Positions 20,429 through 29,161 of a stretch of 64,000 nt of DNA are shown here, piece after piece; position 1 is the stretch's first letter; each line of letters begins with the position of its first letter. A program made the translations under genes and the position numbers. The notes below the pieces were generated by a model. It was not told the DNA's origin. It worked only from the letters and a program-made list of their open reading frames with translations, and did not search any database. Location: positions 1-64,000 of IMG/VR virus record IMGVR_UViG_3300036861_000806. One strand, given 5' to 3'. Origin of the DNA: a virus.

Positions 20429-21274
20429 ATGAGTGCGCCAGTTGGCTCCGTTGACTGCGCGTGCGGATGCGGACGGTCGGTGAAGACCACGACGCCGCAC
20501 CTTCCGCACTTCGCCCGAGGTCATCGAGGCCAGGCGGGCGAGACCGCCTATCACGCCTCGTGGTACGCGCTGAACCGCGAGCGGCGATGCGCAGCCGAAC
20601 GCGCCCGCCGGCGCGCGAAGGCCGATGAGATAGCGGCCCAGGGCCGTGCCTACCGCCAAACACATCGCGATGAGATCCGAGCACGAGACCGCTCCAGATA
20701 TCTGCGGCGACGAAGCGACATTCTGTCTCAGCAACGAGAACGGAGAGCGACGAATCGTGAGGCTGTCCGTGCCTATCAACGGGAGTGGTATCGACGCAAC
20801 CGAGACCGTGTATGCGCCGAGGTGCGGCAACGGCGGCGCGCCGATGAGACGTTCCGCGAAAAGCAACGCGTGAACGCCCGACAGTGGCACGCAGCTAATC
20901 GAGAGCGCGCGATCGCGGCCAACCGGGCGTGGCGCGAGGCCAACCCAGGGAAGAACACCGAGCACTATCGGCGCTGGCGCACCGAGAACCCTGAACAGGC
21001 CGCGCGCAAGGCTCGCATCGACAGGACGACTCGGCGCGCGCGCGAGACCGGCGTCCCCTCCGAACCCATTGACCTTCTCGACATCGCCGAGCGAGACGGA
21101 TGGTGCTGCCACTTGTGCGGCGATTCCGTCGCGAGAATCGACGCCTCCCTGGACCATCTGATTCCGCTCTCGAAGGGCGGCCCGCACCTGAAGACGAACG
21201 TGGCGCTCGCCCACATCCGCTGCAACAAGCGGCGTGGAACGAAGCCGTTGCTCGCTGTCGCGTTCCCGAACTAG
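20429..21274 (+). CDS. Free-standing HNH homing endonuclease
   Basis: N-terminal CACGCG, Arg-rich repeats, C-terminal RDGWCCHLC...LDHLIPLSKGGPH..TNV..AH..CN. Confidence 0.88.
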   Translation: MSAPVGSVDCACGCGRSVKTTTPHLPHFARGHRGQAGETAYHASWYALNRERRCAAERARRRAKADEIAAQGRAYRQTHRDEIRARDRSRYLRRRSDILSQQRERRATNREAVRAYQREWYRRNRDRVCAEVRQRRRADETFREKQRVNARQWHAANRERAIAANRAWREANPGKNTEHYRRWRTENPEQAARKARIDRTTRRARETGVPSEPIDLLDIAERDGWCCHLCGDSVARIDASLDHLIPLSKGGPHLKTNVALAHIRCNKRRGTKPLLAVAFPN

Positions 21275-21287
21275 CGTCGTCATCTCG

Positions 21288-21695
21288 CTACGGTCGCTTG
21301 AGATCCAGATCCATCGCGGCCAGCCATTGATCAGTGTCGGTGCACGTCTGCGACCACGCCGCGCGGTACCAATTGCGCTGCGTAGATGTTGCCGAGGCGC
21401 AGTTCCACGGGATCCGCACGAGCTGTCCGTCGCGGCAGGCCCGCGAGGTGAATGCGGCGACGTCGGTGCCCGGGTTGTTGCAGGTCCCACCGGTGAAATA
21501 CCCAGACGACGAGTTCGCCTGAATGAACACCTTGATCCCGTCCGCGCCAGAGGAAAGGACCTGGAGTCCGGCATACAGCACGAGATCGCACGCGCGACCC
21601 CCGAGGTCCACGACGGTACCCTGCCCGAACCCGGTGCAGGCGCAGGCCGTCCCCGTCACCGAGGCGTTCTTGAGTGCGACCGCACGGACGATCAT
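21288..21695 (-). CDS. Virion tail-associated beta-sandwich protein
   Basis: ATG 21695; GTVVDLG..LYAGLQVLS..WYRAAWS; Cys/Thr rich. Confidence 0.6.
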   Translation of the reverse strand: MIVRAVALKNASVTGTACACTGFGQGTVVDLGGRACDLVLYAGLQVLSSGADGIKVFIQANSSSGYFTGGTCNNPGTDVAAFTSRACRDGQLVRIPWNCASATSTQRNWYRAAWSQTCTDTDQWLAAMDLDLKRP

Positions 21696-21937
21696 CTCGG
21701 CACCTCGATCCCGTCGACGAACAGCACGGCGCTCGTGATGTTGATACGCCCATGAATGGCGAGGATCGCGTCGCTCATGACCGAAGCGAGGACCACCTCG
21801 GGCACGTCCGCCGCGTCGCTCTCGATGACGATCCGCACGTGCGGCTGAGACGGCGGAGATTGGAGTCGGAGTGTTGTTGTGTCGATATCCCACGCCGGCG
21901 GCGCAGCGTGCCCCTCGCCCGGCTCGCGCGCGCTCAC
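21692..21937 (-). CDS. Small hypothetical protein
   Basis: 81 aa, coupled by overlaps to both neighbours. Confidence 0.5.
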   Translation of the reverse strand: MSAREPGEGHAAPPAWDIDTTTLRLQSPPSQPHVRIVIESDAADVPEVVLASVMSDAILAIHGRINITSAVLFVDGIEVPR

Positions 21938-22332
21938 AGCCCGGCCCCCCGACCCTGCGCCGTGACGGTAAATGGATGTAGGTCGCCGACCTGGCCGCCG
22001 TGCTGGTACTGGAGCTCGACGGCGCGCATCATGTAGCCTGATCCCGTCGACGTCGCCCCTTCGCCGATCGCCTCCGGGAAGACCATCACGACGGCGTCGG
22101 CCACCGCGTGTGAATCCATGAAGACTTGGTGCACAGAGTTGGCGCCGGCGTTGAAGAGGCCCTCTCCGGTCAACTGCGAGACTTTCAGGCCCCCCTTCAT
22201 TTTCCGGGTATCGGCCCCGAAGGTCGTCTCGTCGAGCGACTCGGCCGAGTAGTCGAGCGCAATGCGATTGTGCTGCGCCGCCAGCGAGTACCCGCCGTAG
22301 AACAGGCTCGCGTTCGTGAAGGTGACGCTCAT
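21934..22332 (-). CDS. Second tail-tube-like protein (paralog of 19953-20360)
   Basis: Shares ESLDETxxGADTRKMKGGLK and GGxVGDL with the tube protein. Confidence 0.7.
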   Translation of the reverse strand: MSVTFTNASLFYGGYSLAAQHNRIALDYSAESLDETTFGADTRKMKGGLKVSQLTGEGLFNAGANSVHQVFMDSHAVADAVVMVFPEAIGEGATSTGSGYMMRAVELQYQHGGQVGDLHPFTVTAQGRGAGL

Positions 22333-22563
22333 TTACTCTCCTCCCTCATGTCCGCAGTCGCCGCAGACCCACGCGGCCAGATGTCCCATGCGAGCCGCCA
22401 CGATGCGCCGCTCCGGCGGGTGCATACAGACTTTCGATTCTGCTGGTGTCTCGGTCGGCATCGGGGATGGCGCAGTCGCGGCAAGCAACGCATCGGCCAT
22501 CGCCGCCTGCGCGAGCGCCGTTGCGCGGATTGCTTCTAGCTGGGCGCGGAGCGCCGTCGCCAC
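22333..22563 (-). CDS. Small Zn-ribbon protein
   Basis: CxH...CxxC. Confidence 0.5.
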   Translation of the reverse strand: MATALRAQLEAIRATALAQAAMADALLAATAPSPMPTETPAESKVCMHPPERRIVAARMGHLAAWVCGDCGHEGGE

Positions 22564-22994
22564 TACGAACTCGTGGCCGGCGACCGAGTCGCCTCGAGGT
22601 TCATCGCAAACACCGTTCGGTTCGTCGAGTCGCGTTCTAGAAAAAAGGGTTCTGACACCTCGACGATCTGGTGATATCGGACTCCGTTCTTCGTCACGTT
22701 GTAGAGCCCACCGAGCGCATACCGGAGCGCCACCGCGTTCTTCTCGGCATCGTCGTAGCGCACAGCCCGTGAGAGCGCCTGCACGCGTGGTCGCTCAACC
22801 TGGGGCCGCCCGCCCGCGCCGACGCCGGGGGACATCGCCCATACCGGCGGGAGTCCGCCGTACGGACCGAGGAGCGCGAGGCACGTGTCGGGGGTCGAGG
22901 GCATCGGCCCGAGGAAGACATTGGTCCCGATCGACCACGTGGTGGTGGAGAGAGCTGAGGAAAGGATTTCAGATAAATCGTCCAGGATCACCAC
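22563..22994 (-). CDS. Tail terminator protein
   Basis: IGTNVFLGPMP..PD, ERPRVQ..SR, PFFLERD..NR..F..N motifs; synteny. Confidence 0.75.
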   Translation of the reverse strand: MVILDDLSEILSSALSTTTWSIGTNVFLGPMPSTPDTCLALLGPYGGLPPVWAMSPGVGAGGRPQVERPRVQALSRAVRYDDAEKNAVALRYALGGLYNVTKNGVRYHQIVEVSEPFFLERDSTNRTVFAMNLEATRSPATSS

Positions 22995-23196
22995 GCCACC
23001 TCACTCAAGGCCTCATGGGCCGCCTGCGCGGCGAACCACAGCGACCCGGACATATGCAACTCCGCGCTGAAGGCGACTCGGGCCGCCTGGCATTCCTGAT
23101 CCGTCAAGGAGCGCCCGTTCCACGGTCGTGCGGGAAGCCCGAAGATCGCGGGGAGCGATGCGGAAAATGTGTGGACGACATCAACGATCTCGGAGG

Positions 23197-23445
23197 TCAC
23201 TGACCTACCTGCCCCTCGACCAGAATCCCCGTCCAGATGTCGTGCTCGCACGTCTCGACGCGGTAGACCGCGTGCCCGTTGGCGACGCGGATCGTCAGGA
23301 AGGGGTAGCGCAGCGTGAGAAACCGGGGGTCTGCCTCTCGAACGAGACCGGCGGCAATCCTCGCCGACGGCGGCCACTCAGGGCGGTCAAGAAACATCTC
23401 GCCAGCCTCGCACCGCAATGGAATGATTCCCGGGACGGTGGTCAC
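23197..23445 (-). CDS. Hypothetical protein
   Basis: 82 aa with GTGA overlaps. Confidence 0.45.
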   Translation of the reverse strand: MTTVPGIIPLRCEAGEMFLDRPEWPPSARIAAGLVREADPRFLTLRYPFLTIRVANGHAVYRVETCEHDIWTGILVEGQVGQ

Positions 23446-23828
23446 TGGCCCAGCCTCTCGACTTCACGTCGCACCTCGGCGGCGAGCCGCTTGTCCATAT
23501 CGCGAGCCGCCTCTAGGAGTGGCCGCTCGAGGAACTTCGCCTCGCCGTTCATGTGCCGCGCCTGAAGATCTTCGTGCACGAACACGGCGTAAGTCGCCGC
23601 TGCGTTACCGAACGCGAGCACGACGCGCGTCGGGCCATCAGTCACGACTTGGCCCGATGCCCGCAGAGCGCCGGTAGCGACAGGCGTCCGCCGCTTGGCC
23701 TCCGTCATGATCCGCTCGCCCTCGCGGTAGAGCGCGCCCAACCCGGCCCGAGGGCCTCGGTCGCCCAAGCGGCGAAGCGCTGCTTCGAGTTTCGGAAACC
23801 CCGTTACGGTCAGCGTTTTGTCCGCCAT
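23442..23828 (-). CDS. HK97 gp10-like tail completion protein
   Basis: AKRRTPVATGALRASG, YAVFVHE, AKFLERP motifs. Confidence 0.85.
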   Translation of the reverse strand: MADKTLTVTGFPKLEAALRRLGDRGPRAGLGALYREGERIMTEAKRRTPVATGALRASGQVVTDGPTRVVLAFGNAAATYAVFVHEDLQARHMNGEAKFLERPLLEAARDMDKRLAAEVRREVERLGQ

Positions 23829-23830
23829 CG

Positions 23831-24172
23831 TTAAGCCATGAATAGGGTGAGATGCCGGTGGCCGAGATCGTCCATCGACTCACCGACTGCTATGATCGGC
23901 GGCTGGCGCGCCCCCGTCTCCGTGGAGTTCACATCGCCCGTCGAGAGCGTGATCCGGTCGTGCGGTCCCACCACGCCCGCATCGGCGAGGTAGATCTGAT
24001 GCGTCGAGATCACTTGCTGCCCCTGCGCGTTCGTCACGGTTCGCAGGCGGCCCGTCACCCGAGCACGGCGCGCGACGTCGGCACCATAGAGAATCTCACC
24101 GTATCCGTCGATACCAGTCCGAGGCGCGATGTTCACCGTTTGACGGCACAGGGCGACGAGTTCAGGGAAAAT
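23831..24172 (-). CDS. Head closure (stopper) protein; start uncertain
   Basis: QTVNI..DGYG...G.QVIS..QIY..DRITL pattern; synteny between adaptor and gp10-like gene. Confidence 0.7.
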   Translation of the reverse strand: MFPELVALCRQTVNIAPRTGIDGYGEILYGADVARRARVTGRLRTVTNAQGQQVISTHQIYLADAGVVGPHDRITLSTGDVNSTETGARQPPIIAVGESMDDLGHRHLTLFMA

Positions 24173-24538
24173 AGCTAAGCCCTCCCGACCTCGCGCGTCG
24201 CTCCGCAGCCACAGCAGATGGCCAGCGGCACGGGCAGGATGACGTTCACCGCCCCGGCGAGGATCTCGCGTTCGGCCGGGCGGCAGAAGCAATGGTCGCC
24301 GTTCGTATAGGGCGAGCGAGGGCAGTCGGGCATCACGCGTTCTCCCGACGCCACCGCGTGATGTGGCAAAGGATCAGCCCCTCAATGCCCAACTCACGCT
24401 CGAGCCGACGCCGACGACGCCGAAGTTGGCGCATCTCGAAACGCAGCAGTGCCACCTCGATGCCGAACCGCTGTTCGATGCGAGCAGCCTCGCGGTCGGC
24501 CCATTCGCGAACCGCAGCGATCGCGGCGTCGGCCCACA

Positions 24539-25288
24539 TCACACGAGCCTCTGATATCGCGACAACGTCGCCCACGTGGCCGGCGCGACTCCCGCAGGTG
24601 CCCCGCTGCCGGCCGGCCCCGCCGATCCATACTCGACGGCGAGATCGCCGACGCGACGCGAGGTCACGCCGAGCGGGTTGCCCTGCTGGTAGGCGGCCTG
24701 CGCCGCGACAGCCTGCACGAGATCATCTGGGAGTGTGGCCTGTGTCGTGTAGGCATCGTGGGCGAAACAAACACCCATGCATGTCACCGTCGACCCGGCG
24801 ATCCGATAGCCGGCGACGTACTCGACGAGCCAGGGGCGCTCATCACGTCCAGGCAGGTACGCGGGCTCGAGCCCGAGCGAGAACGGCGTCTCACGGAGCG
24901 AGCGCTGTGCGGTCCAGGTGAATCCGCGATCGCGCGAGAGGATCCCCGCCGCCGCGTCCTCGACGCGGTAATCCGTCGAGCAGAACTCCGTCGCCTCCGA
25001 CGTCGCGGTTGAATCGAACAGGCGGAGAACGCGCACGATCGGCGTGCGCGACACAACGAGGCTGAGATCGCCCGCCGCGGCCAGCGTCTCCGAGTACACC
25101 TGGAGTCCGAGCGGCTGCCCGATGATCGATTCCGCCATCGCCGATGCGCGTCGGGCCGCACGTCCAGCGGCCTCGATGTCGAACGTCGACCCGACCGCAG
25201 CGGTGCTCGTTGCTCCGTAGAGTAGGAGGAGGACATCGCCGCAGGTGCAGAATGTTTCGTCTGTCGCGGAGACACAGGTCACCAACAT
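24539..25288 (-). CDS. Head-tail adaptor/connector protein
   Basis: AS.MAESIIG, DYRVED..AGIL, VEYVAGY, LPDDL.QA, S.RVGDLAVEY, LSRY motifs. Confidence 0.8.
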   Translation of the reverse strand: MLVTCVSATDETFCTCGDVLLLLYGATSTAAVGSTFDIEAAGRAARRASAMAESIIGQPLGLQVYSETLAAAGDLSLVVSRTPIVRVLRLFDSTATSEATEFCSTDYRVEDAAAGILSRDRGFTWTAQRSLRETPFSLGLEPAYLPGRDERPWLVEYVAGYRIAGSTVTCMGVCFAHDAYTTQATLPDDLVQAVAAQAAYQQGNPLGVTSRRVGDLAVEYGSAGPAGSGAPAGVAPATWATLSRYQRLV

Positions 25289-25852
25289 TTAGCCGGTGCT
25301 CTGGTAATGCAGCGTAAACAGCGCGTCGACAGTCTCCGAGCAGGTCGACGTGAAGAGCTTGCAGAGCACAGGCGTCCCGGCCGCGAGCGCAACCTGAGTC
25401 AACCCGGCGATCGCCGTCCGTGTGCCGCGGAGAATGCCCGTGGACACCGTCTTGAGCGGGAAGTGCCCAATGCACGTGCCGGCGTTGCCGTAAAGCGTGA
25501 AATTGTCACAGGTGGCATTGCCGTACTTCCCGCCGATCGGTGTCAGCTCGACATCGAGGACGTTCACGGCGACGGACGGGCGCCAGACTTCGATGGCCGT
25601 GGTGCCGACCGCCGCCTCGCCCCCGGTTTCGGTCGACGACGCCTTCGAGAAGACGAACGATGCCGTCCGGCGCTGCAGCCCGCACGATGCCCGTTCGCTG
25701 ACGACATGCCCCGCCGCGATCTTTGAGCAGGTGACGGCGCAGGACGCGATCTCGCTTTCCTCGACCTCGGCCGTCACCGCCCCGGCGCGAGCCTGGAGGA
25801 GTGGGCGTGTCCCCTGATTCCACCACGCTCCCCCTGAAACTATCGGGGCCAT
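25289..25852 (-). CDS. Putative virion structural/decoration protein
   Basis: ATG 25852 with GGAGG RBS; Ser/Thr/Cys-rich; head module position. Confidence 0.55.
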   Translation of the reverse strand: MAPIVSGGAWWNQGTRPLLQARAGAVTAEVEESEIASCAVTCSKIAAGHVVSERASCGLQRRTASFVFSKASSTETGGEAAVGTTAIEVWRPSVAVNVLDVELTPIGGKYGNATCDNFTLYGNAGTCIGHFPLKTVSTGILRGTRTAIAGLTQVALAAGTPVLCKLFTSTCSETVDALFTLHYQSTG

Positions 25853-25862
25853 CAGACCCTCC

Positions 25863-26192
25863 TCACGCGCTTGCCCACGCGGTGACGCCGTAGAGTGGTT
25901 GCCCGCTGGTGGCCGTCGAGGTCGATGTTGACGAGAGTCCGAGGCCGCAAGAGCGGAACCCGGGCGCATCGAGCGTGTACGCCTCACCACAGGCGAGGTA
26001 TCCATCAGCGGTTGATGCAGCCTGCCCAGACGGGTTGAAGAACATGCGCGGTCCGCACGTGTTCACGACGCGCAGCCCCGCCGCGGCGAACCCGAACTCG
26101 AAGATGGGTTGCGGTAGTGCGGCAGCACCACATGAGGAGGCCGCGAGGCTGCCATTTGTCGAGAAGACTGCGGAGGCGATCTGGATGGTCAT
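25863..26192 (-). CDS. Putative virion structural protein
   Basis: 109 aa, Ser/Thr/Cys-rich. Confidence 0.55.
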   Translation of the reverse strand: MTIQIASAVFSTNGSLAASSCGAAALPQPIFEFGFAAAGLRVVNTCGPRMFFNPSGQAASTADGYLACGEAYTLDAPGFRSCGLGLSSTSTSTATSGQPLYGVTAWASA

Positions 26193-26195
26193 GCT

Positions 26196-27155
26196 CTACG
26201 TATCCTCATTCAACTTCACAGCTGCGCCTTTCGCCCGAAGATCCACAACCTGGCACCAATAGTTCGATTCTTGTAGTGCCCCATCGATCGTCTGGAGTCG
26301 CGCAATCAGCTGTGCGCGCTCGTTGCTCAGCGCCCCGTTGCGCTTGCGGAGTTCAGACATCCGGATCAGCTGGTTATCCGGCTCGCGGAAGTACCCATAG
26401 CGCCACCGCTGCTTGAGCAACGCCGACTGCGGCGGGATGCGCACGGTGATCCCACGCGCGTTGGCGAGGCCGAGGATGTACTCCACGCACGCTTTCTGGA
26501 AGTCGTACTCCTCGCCGACGACGAGATCGATGCCGAAAATGGCGATCTCGCGCTCGGCGTAACGGTCCTTCTGCCAGGCGAGAAGTTTCCGAGGATCGCG
26601 AAGAAACTCGGGGCGAGGGTCTTCTTTGTCGAGCGGCCCGGCGACGGCCTCGAGGTCGGCCTCGACCTGATCGTCGATCATCATGATCGCCCACGCGACC
26701 ATGAAGGCGACCGTGGAGGTGAAGTAATCCGCGCCGAGAACGCGCCGGATCACTTCGTCGACGGGGTAGTTCACGGCGGTGGGGATCGATGGCTCTCGGG
26801 TAGACATGAAGACCGGCATGCCGGACTTCGCGAGATACCCAGGATGATCGGTACCAGCGACGTTGTCCTCGAAAAAGTTTGTGTGAATATCCCACCATAG
26901 GTCCGCGCGCGGAATGTGTCTGTACAACTGGTTCAAACCTGCGATGTAATACTGTTTGTCCTCGAAAGGTGCTGCCATCCTCGATGAAGCTGCGAAGCCG
27001 CAGATAGCAAACTTCTTGCGCCATGGCTCGCCATTCGCTGGGCGGATGATGCCGCGTTCGGCATCGACGATCTCGAAGCGAGCGCGAGCGGGATGCTCTG
27101 GGTCCACGCCAGTCGCTCCAGGGGCCTGAGCGGAATAATCAACGTTACTCGACAC
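26196..27155 (-). CDS. Sialyltransferase/Maf-like (GT29/GT42/DUF115-type fold) protein A
   Basis: KKFAICG...AP..D...GLN, YFTSTVAFMVAWAI, IAIFGID, CVEY.LG.A..RGI; C-terminal coiled coil. Confidence 0.55.
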   Translation of the reverse strand: MSSNVDYSAQAPGATGVDPEHPARARFEIVDAERGIIRPANGEPWRKKFAICGFAASSRMAAPFEDKQYYIAGLNQLYRHIPRADLWWDIHTNFFEDNVAGTDHPGYLAKSGMPVFMSTREPSIPTAVNYPVDEVIRRVLGADYFTSTVAFMVAWAIMMIDDQVEADLEAVAGPLDKEDPRPEFLRDPRKLLAWQKDRYAEREIAIFGIDLVVGEEYDFQKACVEYILGLANARGITVRIPPQSALLKQRWRYGYFREPDNQLIRMSELRKRNGALSNERAQLIARLQTIDGALQESNYWCQVVDLRAKGAAVKLNEDT

Positions 27156-27966
27156 GCGACGCCTCCTTCGTGATCAGGGATGTCACCGCATGCCTTTCGG
27201 CATGCCGACGCCGAGCGGACTCCGACATCTTTTTCTTCGTCTCCTCCGAGTGTGAACGCGATTGCCCACGATGCGAGATCGACAGTCGCTCACGCCAGAG
27301 CGCTTTATCACGGATGCGGATGCGGTAGCCTTTAGCGAACCGGCGACGGTTCGACTTAGAGATGGCGGAATTCCGTCGCCCCCGCAACCTGGCCGCCGCC
27401 CGCTCCGATTCCTCGGGCTTCGCCCAACGACGGTGCGCGGCTTCGCTCTGTCGTACCCGTGTCTTAGAAGAGACCGCGTGTCCTTTCAGTCGCGTACTGA
27501 TCTTCACGCGTTGTTCTGGAGACCATCTGCGCTGGCGCATCTTTGCGCGCGTCGACTCGCTCATCACGCGACCACGATTTGCCTCACTGATCTTGCGTCG
27601 TGTCTCGGGCGAGATGACGCGGCCGAGGCACGAGATCTTGTTTTTGGCTCCGACTCGCGCGGCCACCACAGGATCGAACATTGGACAGCGAGTATCGCGA
27701 CTCGTGTTCAGGGCGGACTCGAAGGAATCAAGCCATTCCTGCTCGCGCTCTCGAAGGATCTCGCGGGGACATGACTCCAACAGGACGAACGCAAACGCCC
27801 CCGGTCCGTCAAGGAGCCAGAGGTCGAGGAGCTGGACCGACGAATGTCGGCCTTTGTTGAGATTCCCGACGTGATCGCGCCACCGACGATTGACGTTGCA
27901 CGAACTCCCGACATACACGCGCCCAGTCGGTCGGTGCACGATGCCGTAGACCCCCGAGACCTTCAC
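27145..27966 (-). CDS. GIY-YIG homing endonuclease with NUMOD3 repeats
   Basis: GVYGIVHRPTGRVYVGSS..V.RRW..H; repeated SxETRxKxS motifs. Confidence 0.9.
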   Translation of the reverse strand: MKVSGVYGIVHRPTGRVYVGSSCNVNRRWRDHVGNLNKGRHSSVQLLDLWLLDGPGAFAFVLLESCPREILREREQEWLDSFESALNTSRDTRCPMFDPVVAARVGAKNKISCLGRVISPETRRKISEANRGRVMSESTRAKMRQRRWSPEQRVKISTRLKGHAVSSKTRVRQSEAAHRRWAKPEESERAAARLRGRRNSAISKSNRRRFAKGYRIRIRDKALWRERLSISHRGQSRSHSEETKKKMSESARRRHAERHAVTSLITKEASRVE

Positions 27967-28002
27967 TCACGCCTCCTCGTCAGGGAATTTGGAGGATCGT
28001 CG

Positions 28003-28329
28003 CTACTTCCGCTGAGTCTGCTCCGCTCGGATCATCTTGTCGGCCGGGGGCCCGAACTTCGCCAGCAGGCGCGCCGGGATGCGCTCTCCCTGCGCGTGGA
28101 GCTCCTCGTACTCCGCTCGGTCGCGCCGTTCGCGGAGCTCCTGGGCGGCGCGATTCTCGGCGTCGTTCAGCCCCCGGGCATGCCCGCGGGCGATCAGGCT
28201 CGCCGCAACCTCAGGGTCGAACCCCGCCCGCTCGCCGGGCGCCCACGACCCGGTCCCGTTCGGGGCGACGACCGCCCGGTTGAGCACCACCGTGCGGGTG
28301 CCGTTCTCGGCCAGGATCACATCCGCCAT
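28003..28329 (-). CDS. Head-module hypothetical protein
   Basis: PGERAGF...A..LIARG and PPADKMIR motifs typical of small proteins after capsid genes. Confidence 0.65.
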   Translation of the reverse strand: MADVILAENGTRTVVLNRAVVAPNGTGSWAPGERAGFDPEVAASLIARGHARGLNDAENRAAQELRERRDRAEYEELHAQGERIPARLLAKFGPPADKMIRAEQTQRK

Positions 28330-28390
28330 GGCTCTGTCTCCTTCCGCTCCCGTCAGGGCAGGAGCTTGATTGCATTCGCTCGAGGATCCG

Positions 28391-29131
28391 TTAGGTCGCG
28401 CAGGGCGTGGTCACCAGGAGGCGACGGAACACGTTGTCGGTCGAGTTCAGCGCTGGAGGCGCCTCGCCCGGGCTCCCGAACACGTAGACGCCCGAGAGCC
28501 AGGTGCCCAGCGACCCGCAGCCCGTGGTGTGCAGGATCGGCTTGAGCACACAGCGGATGTACCGCTTCGCCCCGCTCAGATCGAACACGGCGGGCGGCCC
28601 GGCGTAATACGCCTGTCCCGTCGAGGTCGCCCCCGCCGAGACCGAGTACCCCGCAACCGTGGAGGTCGCCGACACCAGCACGCCGCCGAGCGCGTTCGCG
28701 ACACCGAGATCACGCTGATAGGCGAGGTAATCGACGGCGGCCAGATTGCCCGTCGAGGAGGCTGTGGTCTGCCGCCAGAGCCCGGAGTTGTGGATGCCGT
28801 CGCCCGTCGAATAGTCGGCCCAGGTCCCGCCCGTGGCGGAGGTATGCTGGAGTGCGAACGAGACAGCCATCCCGCGCACCTTGGCGTTCTCGTCAGTCGA
28901 GTTCTGCTCGGCGTACATCATCGGCGCGAGCGCGACGGCCGTGTAGTTCTTCGGCAACCCGAGCCGGTCGACGACGAAACCAGGGAAGAAGTTCCCCGAT
29001 GACGGCGACGCGACCGACACGCCGCCGGCGCACGTGCAGGTGCCGAGGTCGTTGGCACCGCATCCCGTCAGCTTCGCGTTGTGCACGAACATCGGGACGA
29101 CGTAGGTTTCTGCAAGCTCCCGCGTGATCAT
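28391..29131 (-). CDS. Putative capsid decoration protein
   Basis: Follows the capsid gene; DLSGAKRYIR motif; Ser/Thr/Cys rich. Confidence 0.65.
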   Translation of the reverse strand: MITRELAETYVVPMFVHNAKLTGCGANDLGTCTCAGGVSVASPSSGNFFPGFVVDRLGLPKNYTAVALAPMMYAEQNSTDENAKVRGMAVSFALQHTSATGGTWADYSTGDGIHNSGLWRQTTASSTGNLAAVDYLAYQRDLGVANALGGVLVSATSTVAGYSVSAGATSTGQAYYAGPPAVFDLSGAKRYIRCVLKPILHTTGCGSLGTWLSGVYVFGSPGEAPPALNSTDNVFRRLLVTTPCAT

Positions 29132-29161
29132 CTTTCGTTCTCCTCCTTCGCCGTCAGGTGC

